Below are positions 9,442-17,680 of a DNA stretch of 28,454 bases, piece after piece. The notes beneath the pieces are model-generated. The model saw nothing but the letters and a program-made list of their open reading frames with translations. It was not told the origin of the DNA and did no database searches. The first letter of the stretch is position 1. Each line of letters opens with the position of its first letter. The translations under genes and the position numbers were made by a program. The DNA is from Candidatus Eiseniibacteriota bacterium (lineage in GTDB: Bacteria > Eisenbacteria > RBG-16-71-46): the NCBI GenBank assembly GCA_038231135.1, contig JBBRLX010000043.1, positions 1-28,454 on the forward strand, read 5' to 3'.

Positions 9442-9496
9442 GCGGCGGCCGGCCTGGTCATCGCGCGCGCCGGCCGCGGAGTTCCGAACGTCGCGC

Positions 9497-10816
9497 TCAC
9501 GCGGTCACCAGCCGGAACGTGGCGTAGAGGTATGGATAGTGCGGCTGGAACCAGTTACGGAACGAGCGTCTGAGGAAGCACGCCGCGGTGCGCGGCGAGC
9601 CGCCCTTGAGCACGAAATGATCGCCGTCGAAGAAATTGGCGGAGTAGCCGGCGTAGAGCGGGTGAGGCTCGAAGCCGTCGAATGGCGCGAACGCGGTGCG
9701 CGTCCATTCCCAGCCGTTTCCGACCAGCTCGGATACGCCGAACGCGCTGTCACCGGCGGGAAACGCGCCCACCGCCGACGGCTCCCAGTGACGGAAGTCG
9801 AAATTGCCGTGCCGCGCCTCAGGCGCCGCGTCCCCCCATGGATACTCGCGCTCGCCGTCCGCCAGCGTGCCGTACGCGGCACGGTGGAACTGTTCCTCGG
9901 TCGGCAGCTTGCCGCCGGCCCAGCGCGCGTAGGCACTCGCCTCGGCCTGGCTCACGTAGACCGGGGCATCGAGGGGTAGCGGCAGCGCGCCGAACATGCC
10001 GCGGAACTCCCAGCCGGAACCGCGCGGGGTCCAGAATCCGGGATGAGTGCGCTCCTCGCGTTCCTTCCAGTTCCAGTCGGATTCGCTCCATAGCGCGCGG
10101 TTCCCGTAGCCCCTGTCCGCCACGAACTCGAGGAACTGCGCGTTCGTGACCTTGTTCGCGCCGATCGTGAACCCCGGCACGGCCACCGTGTGCGCGTCGA
10201 ATTCGTTGTCCCAGCCGAAGCCGCGGCGCCGGTCGCGCCCCAGCGTCGCCGTGCCCGCGGGGATCGCGGCCGTGTCGCGCCCGGCGCTGCCTGTCTGGGG
10301 CGCGGGCGCGTAGGAGGCCGGCGCGCGCTTGCCGTCGAACGGCACGTGGTGCAGCAGATAGGCCAGCGTCTCCGCGTGCATCAGCCGATGCTCGATCGCC
10401 ATGTTGAAGATCGTCGCGGCGTCGAACCCCGGCGCGATCGAACGCGCGCCGCTCACGCATTCGTCGACGATCTCGCGCACGCGCGCGTTGTAGGCGTCGA
10501 TGTCCTCGCGTCGCGGCCAGTCGGAGGCCGGCTCGTTCGGCAGGCCGCCGTCGACGGGATCGATGCCGAACGCGAACAGCTTGTCGAACTCGGCGCGGAA
10601 CGGTTCGACGCCGTGCGACTGCCGTGCGATCAGGTTCCAGTCGAACGCCTCGACGTGGCCGAGATAGAACACCAGGCGATGGCGCTCGGGGATCGGCCGC
10701 GAGTACAGCGCCTCGGGGGTCAGCAATCCGAACAGCTCGTCGGTCCAGCCGCGAGCCACTCCCAGGCGTCCGGCCAGAATCCTGCGGTCGTCGGTCATCA
10801 GCAGCGAGTCCGTCAT
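9497..10816 (-). CDS. egtB: Non-heme iron sulfoxide synthase for ergothioneine biosynthesis (DinB + FGE-sulfatase domains)
   Basis: FYLGH and EHRLMHAE iron-ligand histidines; FGWDNE, LPTEEQF, GNGWEW, KGGS, FRNWF; GGAGGA ribosome-binding site; upstream of egtD. Confidence 0.88.
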   Translation of the reverse strand: MTDSLLMTDDRRILAGRLGVARGWTDELFGLLTPEALYSRPIPERHRLVFYLGHVEAFDWNLIARQSHGVEPFRAEFDKLFAFGIDPVDGGLPNEPASDWPRREDIDAYNARVREIVDECVSGARSIAPGFDAATIFNMAIEHRLMHAETLAYLLHHVPFDGKRAPASYAPAPQTGSAGRDTAAIPAGTATLGRDRRRGFGWDNEFDAHTVAVPGFTIGANKVTNAQFLEFVADRGYGNRALWSESDWNWKEREERTHPGFWTPRGSGWEFRGMFGALPLPLDAPVYVSQAEASAYARWAGGKLPTEEQFHRAAYGTLADGEREYPWGDAAPEARHGNFDFRHWEPSAVGAFPAGDSAFGVSELVGNGWEWTRTAFAPFDGFEPHPLYAGYSANFFDGDHFVLKGGSPRTAACFLRRSFRNWFQPHYPYLYATFRLVTA

Positions 10817-10879
10817 GAGATCCTCCGGGTCCGTCGGGCCTTGGATGGCAGACTGTCGAGCGAGTTGCTGATTTTGAGC

Positions 10880-12436
10880 CTAATCGCGGGCTGCGGGCAA
10901 GCGCAGACCGCGCGGCACGATCCGGCGTTCGATGACATCAAACCCGCCCTGGACGAGCAGCGCCAGCACGGCGGCCGGGATCGCGCCCTGCAGGATGAGC
11001 GAATTCTGCCGCAACTGGATGCCCGACAGGATCGGCTCCCCAAGCCCGCCCGCCCCGATCAGCGCGGCCAGCGTGGCGGTGCCGACATTAATGACGGCGC
11101 TGGTCTTGATGCCGGCGAGGATCGCGGGCGACGCCATGGGCAGCCGCACCCGCATCAGGCGGGCGCGGGGCGGGAGCCCGATCGCCGCCGCCGCCTCGGC
11201 CAGCGGCGCCGGGATCGATTGCAGGCCCACGCAGGTGTTGCGCACGATCGGCAGCAGGCTATAGAGGAACAGGGCCACCAGCGCAGGCGCGGCGCCGATG
11301 CCGAGCACCGGGATCAGCACCGCGAGCAACGCGAGCGATGGAATGGTCTGGAGCAGGCCGGTTCCCGTCAGGATGATTCCCGACAGCCACGGCAGGTCGG
11401 CGGCGAGGATGCCGAGCGGGACGCCGAACACGATCGCCGCGGCGAGCGACAGCGCGACCAGCTCCAGATGCTCGGCGGTGTGACGCAGGATGCTGGCGGC
11501 GACGCTGGGTTCGGCGTCGTCGCCCCGTGCCGTGCCGCCGCCCGCGCCGGTTCCGGCGATGCCGGCGCCGGCCGCCGCCCGTCCTGCGTGAATCTCGGTG
11601 AGCAGCGACTCGGCCGACGCGACGTAGCCCTGCTTCGCCAGCACCACGCGCGCGTTCGCGCGGATCATGCGCGGCTCGTCGATCACGCCGGTCAGCGCCG
11701 CGATCGCCGCCAGCGCCCGCGGTTCCCGCCGCGCCAGGTCGAGGCGGTAGAGCCAGACCGCGTCGTAGCGCGGGAAGAATCCCCGATCGTCCTCGAGCAG
11801 GCGCAGTCCGAGCTGCGCGATCTGGGCGTCGGTGGTGTAGATGTCGGTGCCGTCGATCGCGCCGCTCGCGAGCGCGCCCCACGCCAGCTCGTGCTGGAGG
11901 CCGCGCACGTCGCGCATCGCGAGGCCGTAGCGCCGGGCGAGACCGGGGTAGCCGTCCGGGCGGCCGAGGAATTCGTGGGTGAGGCCGAGCCGCACCCCGC
12001 GATGCTTCGCCAGGTCCGACAGCGTGCGCAGCGAGTCCCTGGCGGCGACCGGGCCGGTCACCGCGAGCGCATACCCGTCGTTGAAGCCGATGGGATCGCT
12101 GATGCCGAGTCCGTGCGTCGCCAGCCTCGAGCGCAGCTCGGGGATCGTCAGCGGCTGCTGGCTGTGGAGGATCACCTCCTGGATCGTCCCGGTATATTCG
12201 GCATACACGTCGATGCTGCCGGATTCGAGCCCGGCATACACGATCTCGGTGCCGCCGAGATTGCTGTGATGCACCACGTCGGGGATCCCGTGCAGGCGCA
12301 ACTCGATCGTCAGCGCCTCGCCCAGCACCCAGGACTCCGGGAACGCCTTCGAGCCCACGGTGACGCGCGCGGCGGCCGGCGCCGCGGGCGCCAGCAGCAG
12401 CAGCGTGAGTGCGCACCACACGAGTCCGCGGTTCAT
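10880..12436 (-). CDS. Betaine-family ABC transporter, fused substrate-binding domain and permease
   Basis: Signal peptide; GSKAFPES, YAEYTGT, EFLGRPDG, YTTD, FFPRY (OpuAC/OsmF-type binding domain); permease motifs QTIPSLALL, EAAAAIGL, GAGGLG. Confidence 0.92.
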   Translation of the reverse strand: MNRGLVWCALTLLLLAPAAPAAARVTVGSKAFPESWVLGEALTIELRLHGIPDVVHHSNLGGTEIVYAGLESGSIDVYAEYTGTIQEVILHSQQPLTIPELRSRLATHGLGISDPIGFNDGYALAVTGPVAARDSLRTLSDLAKHRGVRLGLTHEFLGRPDGYPGLARRYGLAMRDVRGLQHELAWGALASGAIDGTDIYTTDAQIAQLGLRLLEDDRGFFPRYDAVWLYRLDLARREPRALAAIAALTGVIDEPRMIRANARVVLAKQGYVASAESLLTEIHAGRAAAGAGIAGTGAGGGTARGDDAEPSVAASILRHTAEHLELVALSLAAAIVFGVPLGILAADLPWLSGIILTGTGLLQTIPSLALLAVLIPVLGIGAAPALVALFLYSLLPIVRNTCVGLQSIPAPLAEAAAAIGLPPRARLMRVRLPMASPAILAGIKTSAVINVGTATLAALIGAGGLGEPILSGIQLRQNSLILQGAIPAAVLALLVQGGFDVIERRIVPRGLRLPAARD

Positions 12437-13182
12437 GCGCGCGCCGGTTCCGGGAACGCCACCGGCCGCTGCGCCTTGAGGAACGCGGTCACGAACGGAT
12501 CCGCCGGCCGGGTGGCGAGATCGGCGAACGTGCCGCGCTGGACGATGCGCCCGGCTCGCAGCAGCGCGATCTCGTCGCCGACGATGGCCGCCTCGGACAC
12601 GTCGTGCGTGACGAACAGCACGGTCTTCTTCAGCCGCTCGAACGCCTGGCGCAGGTCGCGCTGCAGGTCGGCGCGGATCATGGGGTCGAGCGCCCCGAGT
12701 GGCTCGTCCATCAGCAGCACCTCGGGGTCGAGCATCAGCGCGCGCATCAGCCCCACGCGCTGGCGCTGGCCGCCGCTGAGCTGCGACGGGTAGCGCTCGA
12801 GGAGCTGGGCCGGGATCCGGACGAACTCCAGCAGCTCGCGCAGGCGGGCGGCGATGCGCGCGCGGTCCCAGCCCAGCTCCTGCGCCACCAGCGCCACGTT
12901 GTCCGCGGCGGTGAGGTGCGGGAACAGGCCGCCCTCCTGGATCACGTAGCCCATGCGCAGCCGCAGCGCGCCGCGCGTCGTGGGGGTGAGCGGCGTGCCC
13001 ACCACCGAGATCGTGCCCGCGTCCGGGACCAGCAGTCCCACCACCAGCCGCAGCAGCGTGCTCTTGCCGCAGCCGCTCGGACCGAGCAGCACCAGCGTGG
13101 TGCTCGCGCCGACGTTCAGGTGATCCACGTCGAGCGCGAGCGTGCCGTCGAAGCTCTTGCGCAGCCCCACCACCTCGATCAT
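12433..13182 (-). CDS. ABC transporter ATP-binding subunit (OpuA/ProV-like, no CBS domains)
   Basis: Walker A GPSGCGKS, signature LSGGQ, Walker B LLMDEP, VTHD; 4-bp overlap with the permease gene; start placed at MIEVVGL. Confidence 0.93.
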   Translation of the reverse strand: MIEVVGLRKSFDGTLALDVDHLNVGASTTLVLLGPSGCGKSTLLRLVVGLLVPDAGTISVVGTPLTPTTRGALRLRMGYVIQEGGLFPHLTAADNVALVAQELGWDRARIAARLRELLEFVRIPAQLLERYPSQLSGGQRQRVGLMRALMLDPEVLLMDEPLGALDPMIRADLQRDLRQAFERLKKTVLFVTHDVSEAAIVGDEIALLRAGRIVQRGTFADLATRPADPFVTAFLKAQRPVAFPEPARA

Positions 13183-13350
13183 CGGGCGAGGGTACCAGAC
13201 GGCGCGCCGCACGGTGAGCCGTGAGGCGTCGTGCGGTCGGCGCGCATCACGCGGCGCCGCGGAGCGCAGCCCTGAGGATCGTACTGCCGCCGCCGGTCGT
13301 GCTAATGTGCGCCGCTCGAGCGCGGAACGGATTCCAACACGGGAGCTGCC

Positions 13351-14127
13351 ATGGCGGATCGATCACGATTCGAAGGACGCGTGGTGCTGGTGACGGGGGC
13401 GAGCAGCGGCATCGGGCGGGCCACGGCGCGGGCGCTGGGCGCCGAGGGCGCGCGCGTGGTGGCGGCAGGCCGCCGGCGGGACCGGCTCGACGCGGTGGTG
13501 ACGGACATCACGGCCGCGGGCGGCGAGGCGGTCGCGATCGCGGGGGACGTGCGCGAGGCGGCGGCGTGCGCCGCGTGCGTGGAGCGCGCGGTGACGGCAT
13601 TCGGCGGCCTCGACGGCCTCGTCAACGCCGCGGGCGTGATCGGCAACGGCAGCATCACCGCGACCGAGCCCGCCGAGTGGGATCGCGTGATGGACAGCAA
13701 CCTGCGCTCGCTGTACCTCATGACGCGCGCCGCGGCGGGCGAGCTCGCTCGTCGCAAGGGCTCGGTCGTGAACCTGTCGTCCGTTGCCGCGACGCGGCCA
13801 TACCCGGGCCTGCTGGCCTACTGCGTGAGCAAGGCCGCGGTCGACATGTTCACGCGCTGCGTCGCGCTCGATCTCGCGCCGCAGGGCGTGCGCGTGAACG
13901 CGGTCAATCCCGGCGTCGTCGTCACCGAACTGCACACGGTGGCGAACGCGGTGCCCGACTACGCCGCGTTCCTCGAGCGCGGCAGGACGACGCATCCCAT
14001 CGGACGCGTGGGGCAGCCGGAGGAGGTCGCGGCGCTGATCCTGTTCCTGATGTCCGACGCAGCCGGCTGGATCACCGGCGTCACCTATCCCATCGACGGC
14101 GGCCGCGCGCTGTCGAGCGCGCGCTGA
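13351..14127 (+). CDS. Short-chain dehydrogenase/reductase
   Basis: TGASSGIG, VNAAG, NLSS, catalytic YCVSK, VNPG, IDGG. Confidence 0.93.
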   Translation: MADRSRFEGRVVLVTGASSGIGRATARALGAEGARVVAAGRRRDRLDAVVTDITAAGGEAVAIAGDVREAAACAACVERAVTAFGGLDGLVNAAGVIGNGSITATEPAEWDRVMDSNLRSLYLMTRAAAGELARRKGSVVNLSSVAATRPYPGLLAYCVSKAAVDMFTRCVALDLAPQGVRVNAVNPGVVVTELHTVANAVPDYAAFLERGRTTHPIGRVGQPEEVAALILFLMSDAAGWITGVTYPIDGGRALSSAR

Positions 14128-14129
14128 CC

Positions 14130-14471
14130 ATGGCGCGCGGGCGGAGGAGCGGTGGCAAGGGCGGCGGCGAGCCGTGGGCGGCGCCGCTGCGATGGGCGAG
14201 CTGGGCGCTGGCGCTGGTGGCGCTGGGCTCGGCATTCGCGCCGATGTCCGTGGACTTCCTGCGCGGCCTGCACCTCGCGCTGTGCATCTTCGGCGTGCTG
14301 GAGGCGGGTATCGCACTCGGCAAGGGCCGCCGCTGGCCGTTCCTCGCCTATGCCGCGATCGCGGTGCTGATGAATCCGATCCGCCCGTTCACGTTCGCAC
14401 CCCAGGTGTGGCGCATCCTGCACGCCGGCGCCGGGCTGTGGTTCGCGGCCGATCATTTGCCGGGCGGGTGA
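14130..14471 (+). CDS. Small membrane protein (possibly DUF6804-like)
   Basis: ATG 2 bp after the SDR stop; 113 aa with about 4 hydrophobic segments; IAVLMNPIRPF..VW motif. Confidence 0.65.
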   Translation: MARGRRSGGKGGGEPWAAPLRWASWALALVALGSAFAPMSVDFLRGLHLALCIFGVLEAGIALGKGRRWPFLAYAAIAVLMNPIRPFTFAPQVWRILHAGAGLWFAADHLPGG

Positions 14472-14580
14472 GCGATCCGCGGCAGAGCGTCCGGCGGCAG
14501 CACGCCGCCGATGACCGGTAGGGAACATCCCGCAAGGCGCTGCCGCACAGTGCCATCGAGTGCCAATCTCGCGTGACGCA

Positions 14581-14613
14581 CGAACGCCCGGAGCGACTCG
14601 CTACGGGCGTTCG
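14581..14613. terminator. Hairpin between convergent genes (likely terminator)
   Basis: CGAACGCCCG (14581-14590) pairs with CGGGCGTTCG (14604-14613), with an inner AGCG/CGCT stem; no clear U-tract. Confidence 0.5.
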
Positions 14614-14632
14614 GTGTGTGTGCGCGCCGCCG

Positions 14633-16516
14633 CTACTTCTCTTTCAGCAGCTTCTCCATCTCGTCCATCACCGAGTTCATCTCCTTCATCGCCGCCTTGA
14701 ATGGCACCGAAGTGGTCATGTCGACTCCCGCGCCCTTCAGCAGATCGATCGGATACTTGGACGACCCCGACGCCAGCATGTGCAGATAGGCATCGCGGTG
14801 CGGATGCGCGGTGCCGGCCGCCTCGGCGCGAATGCCGTTCGCGATCGCGGTCGAGGCGACGATGCTGGTGGCGTACTGGTAGACGTAGAAGTTGTAGAAG
14901 AAGTGATCGACGTACGCCCACTCGTTGCCGTACAGCTCGTCGACCTTGCACACGCCCTGGGCGTGTCCGTAGTACTTGCGCACGATGCCCAGGTACAGCT
15001 CGCTGAGATTCTCGCCGGTCAGCGTCTCGCCCTTCTCGGCGAGCTGATGAATCTGCAGCTCGAAGTCCGCAAACAGCACCTGGCGGAACAGCGTGCCCCG
15101 CAGGTTGTCGAGATAGCTGCCCAGCAGGAACAGCCGCGTGGCCCGATCCCTGGTCTGGTCGAGCATGTGATGCAGCAGCAGGTTCTCGTTCAGCGTCGAG
15201 GCCACCTCGGCGACGAACGTCGAATAGTCATGCGTCACGTAGGGCTGGTGCGTGTCGGCGAGGTAGGTGTGCATCGAATGCCCCGACTCGTGCGCCAGCG
15301 TCGACACTTCCTCGTAGATGCCGGTGAAGTTCATGAGCTGGTAGGGGTGCACGCCGTAGGCGCCGGTGCTGTAGGCGCCGCTCTTCTTGCTGGGCGTCGG
15401 CATCCAGTCCATCCAGCCGCCGGTGAAGCCCTTCTTCAGCGTCTCGACATAGTCGTTGCCCAGCGGCTTCACGGCCGCGAGCGTGTGCTCCATCGCCTGT
15501 TCCGGCGTGAACTTGAGGTCCACGTTCTTGATGATCGGCGCGTAGAGGTCCTCGTACCGCAGTGTGTCGACCGCCATCATGCGCTTGCGCAGCCTCAGGT
15601 AGCGGTGGAGCGTCGGCAGGTTCGCGTTCACGTCGGCGATCAACTGGGTGTAGACCCGGGGCGGGATGTTGTCGTGGAACAACGCCGCCTGGACGCAGCT
15701 GTCGTACTTGTGCACGTCCTTGTTGAAGATGTGCGCGCGCACCTCGGCGTTGAGCGCGGCGCCGCAGGTGTTGCGATAGTCCTTGTAGGCGGTCCAGAAC
15801 GCCTGGAACACCTTGCGGCGATCCGCGCGGTCCGGCAGCGCGCGGTACTGGGTGTACCCGGCCTGGTCGAGGCGCACGGATTCGCCGTTCGACAGCGTGA
15901 CGGTCGGGTAGGGCAGCTCCGCGTTCGTGAACAGGTCGCGGATCGTCTCGCCGGCGCCCGCCATCGAGCCTGCCTGGGCCGCGACCTTCTCCTCCTCGCG
16001 CGTCAGCGTGTGCGGCGCGAGGCGCAGGATGTCGTCGAAGTACATGGTGTAGGTCTTGAGCTGGGCGTTCGCCGCGATGAATTCGTGGATCCTGGGGGCG
16101 CCGATCGCCAGGATCTCGGGCCGGATCCATGCCGTCGCCGATCCGAACTGCACGCCGAGCTGCTGGGCCGACTCGCGCATCGCGAGGTGCCGGCTGATCC
16201 GCGTGTCCTCGTCCGCGAGCATGCTCGCGTAGTTGTAGAGCCGGCTCAGATCCCGGTCGACATCGAGAAACGCACCGATCGCCTTCGCCAATGCCTCGGG
16301 CGAGTCGCCCAGGTGGCCCTGATACTTCGCCACCTCGGGAATGCGCTTCGCGATGGCGGCCTTGCCGTCCTGCCACGCCGCTTCCGACGGATAGAGCGCC
16401 GTGAGATCCCATTTGAGCTTCGCCGGCACGGCGGACCGGTCGACCGCGCGCGCGGCGAGCGTCCCGACCGGCAGGCTCGCGACCGCGAGCAGGAGCGGCA
16501 TCAGCATTCGATTCAT
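14633..16516 (-). CDS. pepF: Oligoendopeptidase F (M3B) with N-terminal signal peptide
   Basis: KWDLTALY, KKSGAYS, TLAHESGHSMH (HExxH), FVAEVAST, FYVYQYA; MNRMLMPLLLAVASL signal peptide; AAAGGA ribosome-binding site. Confidence 0.93.
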   Translation of the reverse strand: MNRMLMPLLLAVASLPVGTLAARAVDRSAVPAKLKWDLTALYPSEAAWQDGKAAIAKRIPEVAKYQGHLGDSPEALAKAIGAFLDVDRDLSRLYNYASMLADEDTRISRHLAMRESAQQLGVQFGSATAWIRPEILAIGAPRIHEFIAANAQLKTYTMYFDDILRLAPHTLTREEEKVAAQAGSMAGAGETIRDLFTNAELPYPTVTLSNGESVRLDQAGYTQYRALPDRADRRKVFQAFWTAYKDYRNTCGAALNAEVRAHIFNKDVHKYDSCVQAALFHDNIPPRVYTQLIADVNANLPTLHRYLRLRKRMMAVDTLRYEDLYAPIIKNVDLKFTPEQAMEHTLAAVKPLGNDYVETLKKGFTGGWMDWMPTPSKKSGAYSTGAYGVHPYQLMNFTGIYEEVSTLAHESGHSMHTYLADTHQPYVTHDYSTFVAEVASTLNENLLLHHMLDQTRDRATRLFLLGSYLDNLRGTLFRQVLFADFELQIHQLAEKGETLTGENLSELYLGIVRKYYGHAQGVCKVDELYGNEWAYVDHFFYNFYVYQYATSIVASTAIANGIRAEAAGTAHPHRDAYLHMLASGSSKYPIDLLKGAGVDMTTSVPFKAAMKEMNSVMDEMEKLLKEK

Positions 16517-16662
16517 GTTCGTCCTTTCAAATGGGGAACTCCCCGTCAGGAACCTGGTGAACGCGGCGGCATGCTAGCACCGGTACTGGAGCGCCGGAAA
16601 ACCGGGGGACGAACGCACCGGATCGGCCGGTGAGCGTGGCGCTCCTGCCTGAAACGCAGCGC

Positions 16663-17670
16663 TCAGCGCTTCATCATCATCTCGATCTGCCACAGGTCGC
16701 GCCGGCTGGCGCGTATGAATGGCAGGATCGCGATCCAGCCGGTGGGGCCGATCGCCTTCTGGAGATAGGTCATCTCGGCGAAATTCGCGGCGACGTCGCG
16801 GTCGATCGGCACGTCGAGCCCGGCCTGGCGGGCGAGCAGCATGCCCTTGGCCCGCAGCGCGAGCTCGAGCCGGATCTGCAGCAGGCACAGCATGTCGCCC
16901 ACCACCGGGCCCGGGAACCGGCTCTTGAGCGACTCGAGGTAGTGGCCCACGCGCGTGTCCGAGATCGCGCCCGAGTGGATCAACTCGAGCAACTCGACAT
17001 CGGCGTCGAGACCGACGCCCAGCCAGTTCTGCGTGGCGCGCTCGCTGCGTTCGAACACCAGAAACAGCAGCAGCGGCATCGTCACGAACAGCAGCGCCAC
17101 GCCCACCAGCGGGCTCGCGCTCAGCGCGTTGTACGCGGCGTGAACGGCGATCGCGATCGCCAGGCCGGGCAGGGCGCCGGCGAGGCCGTGCGTCTCGCTG
17201 TGGTCGGCGAGGTTCTTGGTGACGATCCCCACGATCGCGGTCGCGCCGCCGTGCATGACTGCGGTCCCGAGTCCGCGCACCAGCCACAGCACCGGATCGG
17301 GATCGGCGAGCGCGTGCGCATAGTAGAGATTCTCGACCAGCGCGAACCCGGCGCCGACGGTGAAGCCCTGGATGCCGGCATCCACCATGAACCCCACGCG
17401 GTCGAGCCGGATCAGCACGATCACGTAGAGCGCCTTCAGCGACTCCTCGATCACCGGCGCGAGGTAGCGTTGGAGCACGAACGGGCTCACGTGCCCGGGG
17501 CCGAGCAGCGACACGTTGATCGTGAACGCCAGCCCCGCGGCGATGGCGCCGGCGCCGATCGCACGCAGCACGGCGGGCCGCGCCACGAGCTTGTAGCTGT
17601 CCATCAGCATCAGACCTGCGAGGAACAGCAGCACCGGCAGCAGGCCGGCCAGAAGGGCGACGGGATTCAC
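16663..17670 (-). CDS. prsW: PrsW-family (M82) intramembrane metalloprotease with C-terminal extension
   Basis: GTG start (VNPVALL) 10 bp after the upstream stop; APVIEESLKA (EExxK), GAGFALVEN (FxxxE), MHGG, VHAAYN (HxxxN). Confidence 0.88.
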   Translation of the reverse strand: MNPVALLAGLLPVLLFLAGLMLMDSYKLVARPAVLRAIGAGAIAAGLAFTINVSLLGPGHVSPFVLQRYLAPVIEESLKALYVIVLIRLDRVGFMVDAGIQGFTVGAGFALVENLYYAHALADPDPVLWLVRGLGTAVMHGGATAIVGIVTKNLADHSETHGLAGALPGLAIAIAVHAAYNALSASPLVGVALLFVTMPLLLFLVFERSERATQNWLGVGLDADVELLELIHSGAISDTRVGHYLESLKSRFPGPVVGDMLCLLQIRLELALRAKGMLLARQAGLDVPIDRDVAANFAEMTYLQKAIGPTGWIAILPFIRASRRDLWQIEMMMKR

Positions 17671-17680
17671 GCGGCGCCCG

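Noticed and set aside
9497..10816. Selenoneine (senA) or ovothiol (ovoA) assignment
   Set aside because: No senB or selenophosphate synthetase nearby and no C-terminal methyltransferase domain; adjacent egtD favours ergothioneine.
10190..12793. 867-aa plus-strand ORF and other long antisense ORFs (e.g. 14573-16633, 17720-19378, 21384-22841, 5001-6377)
   Set aside because: Shadow frames of well-supported opposite-strand genes in high-GC DNA; no recognisable motifs.
14541..14567. Sigma-54 promoter (two TGGCAC on the minus strand)
   Set aside because: GG-to-GC spacing is 9 rather than 10, and the site lies between convergent gene ends.
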